DNA of 22,423 nucleotides from a virus (IMGVR_UViG_3300033153_005726:64001-86423); one strand, 5' to 3'; shown: positions 8,652 to 16,891, numbered from the stretch's first letter. A program made the numbers and translations. Notes: a model not told the origin generated them from the sequence alone.

Positions 8652-10220
8652 CTATTTTTTGCCCTTTTTAGGCTGTGGTTTCTTTTTCGGTGCTTCTAGT
8701 TCTTTCTTTTTATCTTTACCGTCATTATTATCATCTTTCTTGGGGTTGTCAATAGGATTTCCATCGTCTATCAAATCAGTCGCTGTAGAAACAGCTTCTT
8801 CAATTGTAAGGCCAGCTTCGTCAAAAACTTTTTTACCTTCAATGAGTTGCTCTATATATTCTTTTTCACTTATAGTCTGATCAAGTAAACCGGAACCTAC
8901 AAGATATTTATGAATAACACCAAGTGGAATAACATTTTGGCCAAAACCTTCAAGAATACTTCTGATAACATTAGAATCAGGTATCCCGTAAGTCAATGCG
9001 GATGGTGCATCAATAATAACATCGTCTTTATTAAATCCAGCCCATTTGCACATTAACTCAAGGCCACCTTTAACAGCATTGAGTGCAGAAAGGTACACAC
9101 TGTAGATACTAGCTGATTGTGTAGCCTGACGGATACGGAGTGCTTCAGCAGACTCAACACCTTTACGTGAATCAAGAATGGCAACACCATGACGAATAGC
9201 TTCCTCATATAAATCATCAATATGAGTCTTGACATGCTTTAATGCTGCTGTATCAGTTTCGGTATAAAAGATACGTGCCTGTGGGTCAGGTAGAACAATC
9301 ATTACTGAGGAGCCAACCACATTAGGTAGATCGTCATCATTAGAAGCGCCAACCATGCAAAGAGTTGGATTGCAACTAAGGAACTCGCTATTTGCGAGGT
9401 CTGCTTCTTTTCGATAAATCTGGATGGAACAATTAGCCACAGACAAAAGTGGGATAGGCTGATTGTCAGTACTATTGTTAATAGAACCAGCAACAAAAAG
9501 TGGAAGTTCATCAATTGTTGAGCCCATATAAGAAGGTTTTGTAAAAAAGTCAGTAAGCTCATGTCCTTTATCATCATATAAATGAGAAACGTAGTTACCA
9601 TCTTCCATACACAATACTCTGTATACATCAACTGTGTCATGCGAGAAAATATCTTCATCTGAAGGCATTGCTTCTTTCAAAACACCTAGAATGAGGTTTT
9701 TCTCTGAACCCATTGACTGCTCTTTCCAGTTAATAAAAGCTTCTGCATTGTATTTAACAAATTTGAACTGATTAGTTCCAGGGTCAATATCAACTACCAA
9801 TGGACACTTACCTGTTTGGAGAATCTCAATAACAATCTCCATAAACAACTGCTGAATAGTAATACCATCCTTTGTTGCTTCTTTAAGGATATACTCCATT
9901 TGTTTAGGGACGTTAAATTCAGGTAGTTTAGTTATAATGACACCCAAGGCACCTTGAAGTGCATACGAACAAATTTGGGGGTAATGTGCCCTCTCAATGT
10001 ATGCGTCATAGGCTTCAGCAAATTCACCTGTCATACCGCCAGGGCGTGGAAGGTACTTTTCAGTTTGCAATTTAATATGAGATTCACTTTGAATACAATC
10101 ACGGATTCTATCCCAATCTTTTTCCTGGGACATATAATTGGGATGTTTTAATGTAGGATCAGAACTTTCAGTAATTCTCTGTTTCCCTGCGAATACTTCT
10201 GCACCTTTATTAATAGTCAT
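8652..10220 (-). CDS. Portal protein (DUF4055 / SPP1-like)
   Basis: HPNY...WDRIRDC...EKYLPRP...YDAYIERA...PIPLLSVANCSIQIYRKEADL...ESAEALRIRQ; directly after TerL. Confidence 0.9.
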   Translation of the reverse strand: MTINKGAEVFAGKQRITESSDPTLKHPNYMSQEKDWDRIRDCIQSESHIKLQTEKYLPRPGGMTGEFAEAYDAYIERAHYPQICSYALQGALGVIITKLPEFNVPKQMEYILKEATKDGITIQQLFMEIVIEILQTGKCPLVVDIDPGTNQFKFVKYNAEAFINWKEQSMGSEKNLILGVLKEAMPSDEDIFSHDTVDVYRVLCMEDGNYVSHLYDDKGHELTDFFTKPSYMGSTIDELPLFVAGSINNSTDNQPIPLLSVANCSIQIYRKEADLANSEFLSCNPTLCMVGASNDDDLPNVVGSSVMIVLPDPQARIFYTETDTAALKHVKTHIDDLYEEAIRHGVAILDSRKGVESAEALRIRQATQSASIYSVYLSALNAVKGGLELMCKWAGFNKDDVIIDAPSALTYGIPDSNVIRSILEGFGQNVIPLGVIHKYLVGSGLLDQTISEKEYIEQLIEGKKVFDEAGLTIEEAVSTATDLIDDGNPIDNPKKDDNNDGKDKKKELEAPKKKPQPKKGKK

Positions 10221-10221
10221 A

Positions 10222-12723
10222 TTAAAATCTCACTTTACGTCTCTTCATTTTAGTAAATTTACGGGTCAATCCGTAACGGAGTGCATCCATTGCATGATCC
10301 TCTAAATCAGAATCAATATCCTCAGGTTTTTTATCATCAATCTGCTGAATAGGTAAAGTTCTAATGTGATGTCTTGCAGGTTCTTGGAAATAAAGTCCAG
10401 GATTTTCAAGGTCACCCCGTTTGGCTGCACCAAGCATAGTTCGCATCAAACCCCAACCAGCTACACGACTACCGCTTCCTTTATAAGCTTTCCGCCAATG
10501 TAACCCATGACGTTGCATATTAGATGCAAGTGAAGAACCATCACGTACTTCATAAATATTTGTATCAGCGGGTCCTGGCCTCACCCTTACTTTAAACTCC
10601 CTTTCAATGTTTCTGTCAACTTCTAAAACACGTTCAGCAATATCTTGTGATGTTGCACGGTCACCTTCGTTGACCGTTCCATTCCAACCGTATAACTCAT
10701 TTATAACAATTGAAGAGCCATCTGGGAAATAAGGTAATTCTTCATCAGGGGCATCAGGTTGCTCTCCATTACATTCTGCAATATAAGTAACTGCCCATGG
10801 TTTTGAAGAACCCCAGTCAAAACTTCTGATAACATCCCAACTTGACGGGATTTGGAAATAGGGAAGTATATGTTTTGCAGGATCCCATAAATCAGTGAAA
10901 AACCCACCAGCAATAATATCCCACTCACCAAGTACCCATGCTTTATACTTAACAGGATCATCAGCAGCAGCAGCTAAGATAGTATTAACATAATTTGGAT
11001 CTGCGTCAAGTAATGTGGTATTCTCACTCAGGCTTGAGGGTATATGAACCCTTGTTTTCATACTTTCTTTATCAAGAAAGAATTTCATTGCGGGCATAGG
11101 GTCGATAAAACGCTGCTTCACCCAACCATGTCCTGGACCTGAAGGGTTGCAGGTACTACGATACTTTCTTGGTACATCAGGGTCTGAACAACGGTTACAT
11201 GACATCATTGAAAGATAACATTCGTCTGTAGCCCAGTTTGTAAGCTCTTCCCAACCAATCCAAGGATATTCATGACCATGATAGTTCCAGTAATCACTTG
11301 GTACACGCATATATCGCAAATATAAGGTTTCGCCGTCAGGGAATGTCCATTTATGCTCACTTCCGTTATATTTGGCTCCAGGGAATATTTGACTGATCCA
11401 TTTCTTACTTTTATTGATTACATCGGTTAATTGAGTGTATTCTTCACGAAAAAGAATACCACGCCATTCAATACCATAGCCTACACCCACATGCTGCAAG
11501 AAATCCATCAAGAGTACATCAGTATTGTGTGTTACGATAAAATCATCTGTTAGGTAAAGTCCATTTGGATTATTTACCTTAATACACTGACATTCTTCTT
11601 TTCCTATCAAATCTATGCTAACTATTTTGCGCACTAACCTACCATGCATATAATCAGCGGCTTTATCTTTTTTACGTTGTAATCTAAACAGTTCTTTTTG
11701 TTCAGGCAACCGTATATAAAGACCCCAACCTTTTTTTGTTTTCTTATAAAAACCTTTAGGCCACTCTGCTTTTCTATACTTGAATTGGTTCCCACGCTTC
11801 CCACCAATCAGTGTAGACCACCCACCTAAACTACCAATCAAAAACTGAATGTCTTTTATTAATGTATAAGAAGCGCTAGAATAATAGGCTTTTCCATCAT
11901 GAGCCTCTCCGTCAGTATCCATTAAACCTTGTAGTAAAGCAATCCTATCTTCTATAGAAGCATAGAGGTATTTTTTAGGTACAAATTTTGTATCGCTTTT
12001 AGTTCCCCGTAATTTAGAATGCTTTAAATCGTCATATAGCGGATTGTTTCTACGTATTTGCAACCCTATACAACTACCATCTCCTTTAACAGTAGTCGTT
12101 TTGGTATTATAAAAACCAAAACGACTAACGTAATCAACTAATTCCTGATCACCTGTATGAAAACAAACATCTTCTCTACTAAGAGATCCATCCCCTAACA
12201 ACAACCCTAATAAATAAGGATCAAAAGAATGTTGTGCTTTACTACTTATTCCTTTATTAAAAGAAACAGGTTCTGGGCAAGGTATTAAAAAAGTATTTCC
12301 AGCTTTTACTTTTTCTATAAGTTGGGTAGTTGTATAAATGTATCCACTAAATTGTAATGGGGCATATATTTTGTCTTTATTTCTGGATTTATTCCTATTG
12401 GCTACTTTTCCATACCATAAATGCTCATCAGTGCAGTGAGTGACACTACCATCTGAAAATTTAATTCTATATACATCTTGAACCCCTTGTGGGTACACAC
12501 CAATAACAGTACTGCACGTACCATCTGGGTTGAAGACACGGCTACCTATTTGCATTTCGCCTACAGTACGTTCCCCGTATGGGGTCTGCACAGGTGATGA
12601 TAGTGGTTGAGCTTTCCCACCACCACGGTTTCCGGCAATTAATGCCTCATCAGCAGGGCAAGTCAGGAACTTTTTCTGACTTCCAGGATGTGGTTGCCAT
12701 ATGACTTTATCTTGCGCAATCAT
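10222..12723 (-). CDS. terL: Terminase large subunit precursor (470 aa after removal of a 363-aa intein)
   Basis: Walker A GNRGGGK|T split by the intein, Walker B IGWEELT, TCNPSGPGHGWVK, nuclease residues FDWGSSKP and DHAMDALRY. Confidence 0.95.
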   Translation of the reverse strand: MIAQDKVIWQPHPGSQKKFLTCPADEALIAGNRGGGKAQPLSSPVQTPYGERTVGEMQIGSRVFNPDGTCSTVIGVYPQGVQDVYRIKFSDGSVTHCTDEHLWYGKVANRNKSRNKDKIYAPLQFSGYIYTTTQLIEKVKAGNTFLIPCPEPVSFNKGISSKAQHSFDPYLLGLLLGDGSLSREDVCFHTGDQELVDYVSRFGFYNTKTTTVKGDGSCIGLQIRRNNPLYDDLKHSKLRGTKSDTKFVPKKYLYASIEDRIALLQGLMDTDGEAHDGKAYYSSASYTLIKDIQFLIGSLGGWSTLIGGKRGNQFKYRKAEWPKGFYKKTKKGWGLYIRLPEQKELFRLQRKKDKAADYMHGRLVRKIVSIDLIGKEECQCIKVNNPNGLYLTDDFIVTHNTDVLLMDFLQHVGVGYGIEWRGILFREEYTQLTDVINKSKKWISQIFPGAKYNGSEHKWTFPDGETLYLRYMRVPSDYWNYHGHEYPWIGWEELTNWATDECYLSMMSCNRCSDPDVPRKYRSTCNPSGPGHGWVKQRFIDPMPAMKFFLDKESMKTRVHIPSSLSENTTLLDADPNYVNTILAAAADDPVKYKAWVLGEWDIIAGGFFTDLWDPAKHILPYFQIPSSWDVIRSFDWGSSKPWAVTYIAECNGEQPDAPDEELPYFPDGSSIVINELYGWNGTVNEGDRATSQDIAERVLEVDRNIEREFKVRVRPGPADTNIYEVRDGSSLASNMQRHGLHWRKAYKGSGSRVAGWGLMRTMLGAAKRGDLENPGLYFQEPARHHIRTLPIQQIDDKKPEDIDSDLEDHAMDALRYGLTRKFTKMKRRKVRF
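11524..12612 (-). mobile_element. Intein with LAGLIDADG homing endonuclease, Ala1 start, class 3 WCT signature
   Basis: Starts AQPLSSPVQTP, block B TDEHLW, LAGLIDADG motifs YLLGLLLGDG and LLQGLMDTDG, block F CQCIKV, ends IVTHN followed by Thr+1. Confidence 0.93.
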
Positions 12724-13155
12724 TTAGTCAGAAACCCTTACACCAGTGGGGCGTTCACGAGGGGTATCAACAAGAACAACCTGTACACCTTCTTTTGAAA
12801 TGGTATCCCTTCGTTTATACATTTCTTTATCAGAAAAGTCTAAATGAGAACCTTCATCTTGCATAAATTTCCTGCGTGTTTCAATTAACTCAGGGTTATT
12901 TTGGTACGCTTGTTTTATTCTACGTGAAAACTCACCAGGATGCTCTTTAAAATACTTTTTAGCAGCTTTACTTCGTTTTCTACCCATGGCTCGACCACAA
13001 CTTTTTTGAGTATTTAAAAGCATAGCTTCAGGGTTAAAATTACGTAAGGAATTCTCACTGCGTATAGCTGCACTATTCTTATATCCAATAGTACAGTACA
13101 TTCTACCTGTTTTTAAACAACGCACTTTCCGTGCAGTCTGCTTTTTACCAGCCAT
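12724..13155 (-). CDS. Basic hypothetical protein, possibly a NUMOD-type DNA-binding remnant
   Basis: 143 aa, very basic; RKVRCLKTGRMY resembles NUMOD1-like starts; tightly packed between TerS and TerL. Confidence 0.5.
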   Translation of the reverse strand: MAGKKQTARKVRCLKTGRMYCTIGYKNSAAIRSENSLRNFNPEAMLLNTQKSCGRAMGRKRSKAAKKYFKEHPGEFSRRIKQAYQNNPELIETRRKFMQDEGSHLDFSDKEMYKRRDTISKEGVQVVLVDTPRERPTGVRVSD

Positions 13156-13157
13156 GA

Positions 13158-13766
13158 TTAATTCTCACCTTCCCATTCTTTCTGGGATTGTTGGGCAGGT
13201 ACCATGAGTACACCAGCAGTAATGTTTAAATTTTTACTCTCCATTTTATCAGAGTATCCAAGTTTATTTCCTGCAAGAAATTTAAACAGGCCAGTATTGT
13301 AACTTCGGTTATCAAGGTTTTCTTTACCTTCACGTAACCACCAAGCCTCATGCATATCTTTACCAATATCATAAGCGGTATTGAAATCAGCAAATCTCTC
13401 AGACCACCCTCGCAGGGTAGTTACACTAACCCCAAATTCAGCAGCAATCTCAACATCGCTTAATCCCTCTCGGCTCAAAGCAATGAATTGTAAAGGGTGA
13501 CCATCAGGATCGTATTTGGTATTCATCAAAGTACCTATAGGAATTTCTCTGACTTCCAATAAGTTCTCTTTAATCACAGGGTCACCACCACACCGTTTGC
13601 AAATCACTCCTTTACCAACAGCATTATGCGTGCACCCTTCAGTCATGCATTGTTCTTTAGGGTATCGTTTAATAACTTTTATCTTGGGTTCACTTTTAAG
13701 TTTTTCAGGCCGTCTTAACTTTTTCTTACCTGACCCAACGCTTAACCTTCTACGTAATTTAGACAT
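13158..13766 (-). CDS. terS: Terminase small subunit with N-terminal Cys4 motif and HTH
   Basis: TKYDP...GLSDVEIAAEFGVSVTTLRGW..RFADFNTAYDIG...EAWW is a typical TerS HTH; located upstream of TerL. Confidence 0.8.
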   Translation of the reverse strand: MSKLRRRLSVGSGKKKLRRPEKLKSEPKIKVIKRYPKEQCMTEGCTHNAVGKGVICKRCGGDPVIKENLLEVREIPIGTLMNTKYDPDGHPLQFIALSREGLSDVEIAAEFGVSVTTLRGWSERFADFNTAYDIGKDMHEAWWLREGKENLDNRSYNTGLFKFLAGNKLGYSDKMESKNLNITAGVLMVPAQQSQKEWEGEN

Positions 13767-14031
13767 GAGATAAATCTCCTAAAGCATTTTGATACATCCT
13801 GATATCAAGAGTCTGGTCAAGCATATCAGCAAGTAAAGTATCTACAATAAATCCACTAAGTCCTTTGGCAGTATCCCCTTCCCATTCATCCATAATACTG
13901 TGGCATACGTCAAGGACATGATCTTGAACCTTCTGTGCATCATTACCACAAATAACATAGTGCAGGGCACAAACACTATCCCTGATTGAAACTGAGGTAA
14001 CTCTACCATTTATTCTTGTTGATACTTTCAT
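13759..14031 (-). CDS. Hypothetical protein, first gene of the late operon (possibly ribbon-helix-helix-like)
   Basis: 90 aa; the beta-strand-like start KVSTRINGRVTSVSIRD is reminiscent of RHH proteins; overlaps the TerS start by 8 nt. Confidence 0.5.
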   Translation of the reverse strand: MKVSTRINGRVTSVSIRDSVCALHYVICGNDAQKVQDHVLDVCHSIMDEWEGDTAKGLSGFIVDTLLADMLDQTLDIRMYQNALGDLSHV

Positions 14032-14086
14032 TCCCTGTACACTCTTTCATTCCCTGTACACTCTTTCATTCCCTGTACACTCTTTC
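14025..14086. repeat. 3.3 x 19-bp tandem repeat CTTTCATTCCCTGTACACT
   Basis: Exact copies at 14025, 14044 and 14063; each carries AGGGAATG on the minus strand. Confidence 0.95.
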
Positions 14087-14112
14087 CTTCTATTGGATGA
14101 TCAATTGATACC

Positions 14113-14141
14113 AGTGTACATGTTATCTTTTTATCTGTCAA
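14113..14141 (-). promoter_or_regulatory. Sigma70-type promoter for the morphogenesis operon
   Basis: TTGACA-N17-TACACT on the minus strand. Confidence 0.8.
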
Positions 14142-14241
14142 GTTAAAAAGACACCTCAAATACTACCAATGCTTTTATCTAAAAATTTTGGGGTATTACA
14201 GGAGTATTATAGGGGTACTTTTAACTTCTTCAGAACAAACA

Positions 14242-14285
14242 GGTCAAGAGATGGTCAAAGAATGGTCAAGGGATGGTCAAGGGAT
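14242..14285. repeat. 4 x 11-bp tandem repeat GGTCAARRRAT
   Basis: ggtcaagagat, ggtcaaagaat, ggtcaagggat, ggtcaagggat. Confidence 0.9.
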
Positions 14286-14353
14286 GTCTAAATCCTTTGT
14301 GGGTATACAAAGATGTAAAAGCAAGGAGGTGTGAAGTCTGATTGTACTCTTGA

Positions 14354-14397
14354 TGGTTGAATTTCAACCAACTAGGAGGCAGCATTTCAACCAACTA
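14354..14397. promoter_or_regulatory. 17-bp palindrome TGGTTGAA-T-TTCAACCA plus a repeated half site
   Basis: Perfect 8-bp arms; ATTTCAACCAACTA is repeated at 14361 and 14384. Confidence 0.5.
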
Positions 14398-14464
14398 ACT
14401 CTTATACTACTACTGATAGTATATTACTTCGTAATATACCTACCCTCCTACGTCGGGTTCGTAA

Positions 14465-14503
14465 TTAAATGATGTTTTTAAATGATGTTTTTAAATGATG
14501 TTT
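14465..14503. repeat. 3 x 13-bp tandem repeat TTAAATGATGTTT
   Basis: Exact copies at 14465, 14478 and 14491. Confidence 0.95.
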
Positions 14504-14698
14504 TATTTCACTACCACTTCACAGTACCTTGCATAAATAAAGCAGCTCAGGGAATAAAAAGAAATACCTTGATAAAACCTTGTACCGCCCCGTACAGCGT
14601 TTTTTACATACTGGGTATGCCATTGTACCATTAAACCTGTTACAGACGCATGAGCAGCTCTACAGAGGTCTTTAAAGGTTCTTGGTGATGCTGGTTAT

Positions 14699-14894
14699 AA
14701 GCGTAAGCGTGAATATAAGCGTAAGCGTAAGCGTAAGCGTGAATTGATAACTAAAATACCACGATAGCACGATAAAAAGCTGTCAGGATGAGAAAAGCGT
14801 AAGCGTGAATTGATAACTAAAATACCACGACAGCACGATAAAAAGCTGTCAGCGTGAATTGATAACTAAAATAATACGCTAGTACGATAAAAAG
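14699..14894. repeat. AAGCGT hexamer runs plus 3 x ~50-bp direct repeat AGCGTGAATTGATAACTAAAATACCACGATAGCACGATAAAAAG
   Basis: Long units start at 14736, 14802 and 14851 (third more diverged); eight AAGCGT copies. Confidence 0.95.
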
Positions 14895-14999
14895 TTCTCC
14901 GCTATAGATGCCCCCGCCCCTGTTTCAAACAAAAGGCATCAAAGTAAAACCAAATGAAAAAACAACGCTAAAACAGGTATTTAAAAGTGAAATTAAACC

Positions 15000-15027
15000 T
15001 TGCAATAGTATATAAACACTGCATAAT
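15000..15027 (+). promoter_or_regulatory. Probable sigma70 early promoter
   Basis: TTGCAA-N16-CATAAT in AT-rich context, followed by hairpins at 15036-15056 and 15063-15076. Confidence 0.6.
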
Positions 15028-15104
15028 AAATCATGGCAAGTGAATAATCACTTTGCTATATAGCTGAATTTTCAGCAAAAATTCATACCTTAAAGGGTGA
15101 TAAA

Positions 15105-15809
15105 ATGAAAGTAACAAAAAACAGTAGTAATGGTAATGGCAACAACGTAGCAAAAACATCAAAAATTCAAGTAGTTAGCATTAATAACAGGCGTGCAATA
15201 AATGCACCCACTACTGTACCGCAAGTAGTTGAAATGACTGATGTTTTTAAGCAAGTGCAATCACTGAGTAGTTTAACAGTTGAAAATGGGTATTTACTTG
15301 ATGCAAGTGGTTGTTATTACTCACCATTTGGGCATGGTAAAAAACGTGAACTGGCTAAAATGGCAAACAACGCCCAAATTGATGTGGCCTTGTGTCAAGG
15401 GGCCGTAATGATTGATATTTTAGTAAGTGATACTGATACGCCAAGTAGGGTATGCAATAGGCATAATGAGTATGATATTGAAAAACGGCCTGAATGCAAT
15501 AACACACTAAATCAGCTATTTACACTTGATTTAATTTATAATCACTTAGCATTTTTAAGTGGTAAAGGTAATGGCAAAAATAGCCTACAAAAACGGTTAC
15601 TTAACACACTTGACAAAGCCACTATTGAGCAAGTGAATGACATTGCTAGCCAGGTACATGAAATCATTACAAAAATGTGGGTTACGTGTGAGCATATGAT
15701 AAACACACGTGATGGTAGTAAAAAGCATAGTGCTCAACAGTACCAACAAACCTGTGAAATATCAGGTACTTACGGCAGGTCATTCAGTACCAAAGCAGCA
15801 ATTGTATAG
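15105..15809 (+). CDS. Hypothetical early protein, paralog of 20326-20814
   Basis: SD variant AAGGGTG; shares SPFGH, ID.ALC.G and HL.FLSG..NGKN.L..RL with the paralog. Confidence 0.85.
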   Translation: MKVTKNSSNGNGNNVAKTSKIQVVSINNRRAINAPTTVPQVVEMTDVFKQVQSLSSLTVENGYLLDASGCYYSPFGHGKKRELAKMANNAQIDVALCQGAVMIDILVSDTDTPSRVCNRHNEYDIEKRPECNNTLNQLFTLDLIYNHLAFLSGKGNGKNSLQKRLLNTLDKATIEQVNDIASQVHEIITKMWVTCEHMINTRDGSKKHSAQQYQQTCEISGTYGRSFSTKAAIV

Positions 15810-15821
15810 CTGGTAACTAAC

Positions 15822-15848
15822 ACCTTGCCAGCATAGTGCTGGCAAGGT
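15822..15848. other. Perfect 12-bp inverted repeat between early genes
   Basis: ACCTTGCCAGCA-TAG-TGCTGGCAAGGT; no U tract. Confidence 0.9.
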
Positions 15849-15882
15849 AACTAACTGATAACACATAACAAAGGACAACAAA

Positions 15883-16044
15883 ATGACAATTACAATCAAT
15901 ACGCAAACTACTGAAATCATTGACAATAATGACCTACAGCAATTAGCTGATGATTGTCAGCAACTTACTGAAATCATTGATGAATTTAATGACCTGAATA
16001 CTGATATTGATTATGAGCTACTTGATGGTACAATCATCAAATAA
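15883..16044 (+). CDS. 53-aa highly acidic protein (not in the ORF track)
   Basis: SD AAGGA, MTITINTQTTEIIDNNDLQQLADDCQQLTEIIDEFNDLNTDIDYELLDGTIIK; 13 D/E versus 1 K. Confidence 0.8.
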   Translation: MTITINTQTTEIIDNNDLQQLADDCQQLTEIIDEFNDLNTDIDYELLDGTIIK

Positions 16045-16147
16045 GTGAACAATTACAATGAGTTAGCTATGTTAGCTCATTGTGCTGGTTTACTTATAAA
16101 CCAAATGGCAATATTGCCAACAATAACACCTACTTAGGGGTAACAAC

Positions 16148-16825
16148 ATGAACTTAATTGAAAGTAATGACTACCAAACAACCCGTTTAAATAACCGTTT
16201 TAACTCATTAAATTTGAATGACCTGCAAGCTGAGACGGTAATTTGTATAGCATATGCAATATGCTATACACTTGATGAATATGAAAATTTCATGAATAAA
16301 ATCAGTATTGCAGGCACTATCGCTGATAATGTTGATGATATAGTAAAGCAGTTTAATATTGCTCATTTTGTTGGCTGCGATGATGTACTTACCGGACCAC
16401 AATGTATAAGTGAATTCACTGAAATTGAAAATAAGTATAAACACCCCACGGCAATAACGCCAACCACCCCTACAACTGAGGACGTAAAAATGACTGATTT
16501 ATCAATGACTAATTTAACTGGTAAAATTGAATCAAGTGAACCTGATGTATGTTTTGAATCATTGAATGCTATGAACATCATGTTTTGTGTAATGAGTATT
16601 GATCCAATGCTTGAATATGCACAAGCCACAAAAATTGTAAATTCAATACGGTATGCAACAAACCACGTTGAGTTTGACTGGACACCAAGTTTACAACTTG
16701 ATGAAGTGAGCCAAGTAATTTTCATGGTAAATGATAAGTACAATAAAAGTAATGCTGATTTTGATGCTTCACAAATGCTTGATATGTGTGATTACGAACA
16801 CAAAAACGCATTTAAAATAGTGTAA
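16148..16825 (+). CDS. Hypothetical acidic protein, possible internal start at 16490
   Basis: SD variant TAGGGGT; 225 aa open frame. Confidence 0.8.
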   Translation: MNLIESNDYQTTRLNNRFNSLNLNDLQAETVICIAYAICYTLDEYENFMNKISIAGTIADNVDDIVKQFNIAHFVGCDDVLTGPQCISEFTEIENKYKHPTAITPTTPTTEDVKMTDLSMTNLTGKIESSEPDVCFESLNAMNIMFCVMSIDPMLEYAQATKIVNSIRYATNHVEFDWTPSLQLDEVSQVIFMVNDKYNKSNADFDASQMLDMCDYEHKNAFKIV

Positions 16826-16840
16826 TCATTAATCATTAAC

Positions 16841-16874
16841 TAGTTGCTGGTAGCAATAACGCTACCAGCAACTA
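16841..16874. other. Perfect 14-bp inverted repeat between early genes
   Basis: TAGTTGCTGGTAGC-AATAAC-GCTACCAGCAACTA. Confidence 0.9.
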
Positions 16875-16891
16875 CTACCTAGGAGAACGAC

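Noticed and set aside
62-13773. Plus-strand ORFs and short alternative-frame minus ORFs overlapping the structural genes (e.g. 329-790, 2773-3243, 6434-6985)
   Set aside because: Shadows of well-supported minus-strand genes; no SD and no recognisable motifs.
14699-14894. CRISPR-like array
   Set aside because: The ~50-bp units are nearly contiguous with no unique spacers of constant length, and there are no cas genes.
14909-16232. DarT (TNTC/TCTC), GATC or the CAjan GA+GGC pattern as a full explanation of the depletion
   Set aside because: TTTC, TGTC, TATC, GGC and TGA are all common here; the missing set (VGA/TCB) is broader than TCTC or GATC and narrower than all GA.
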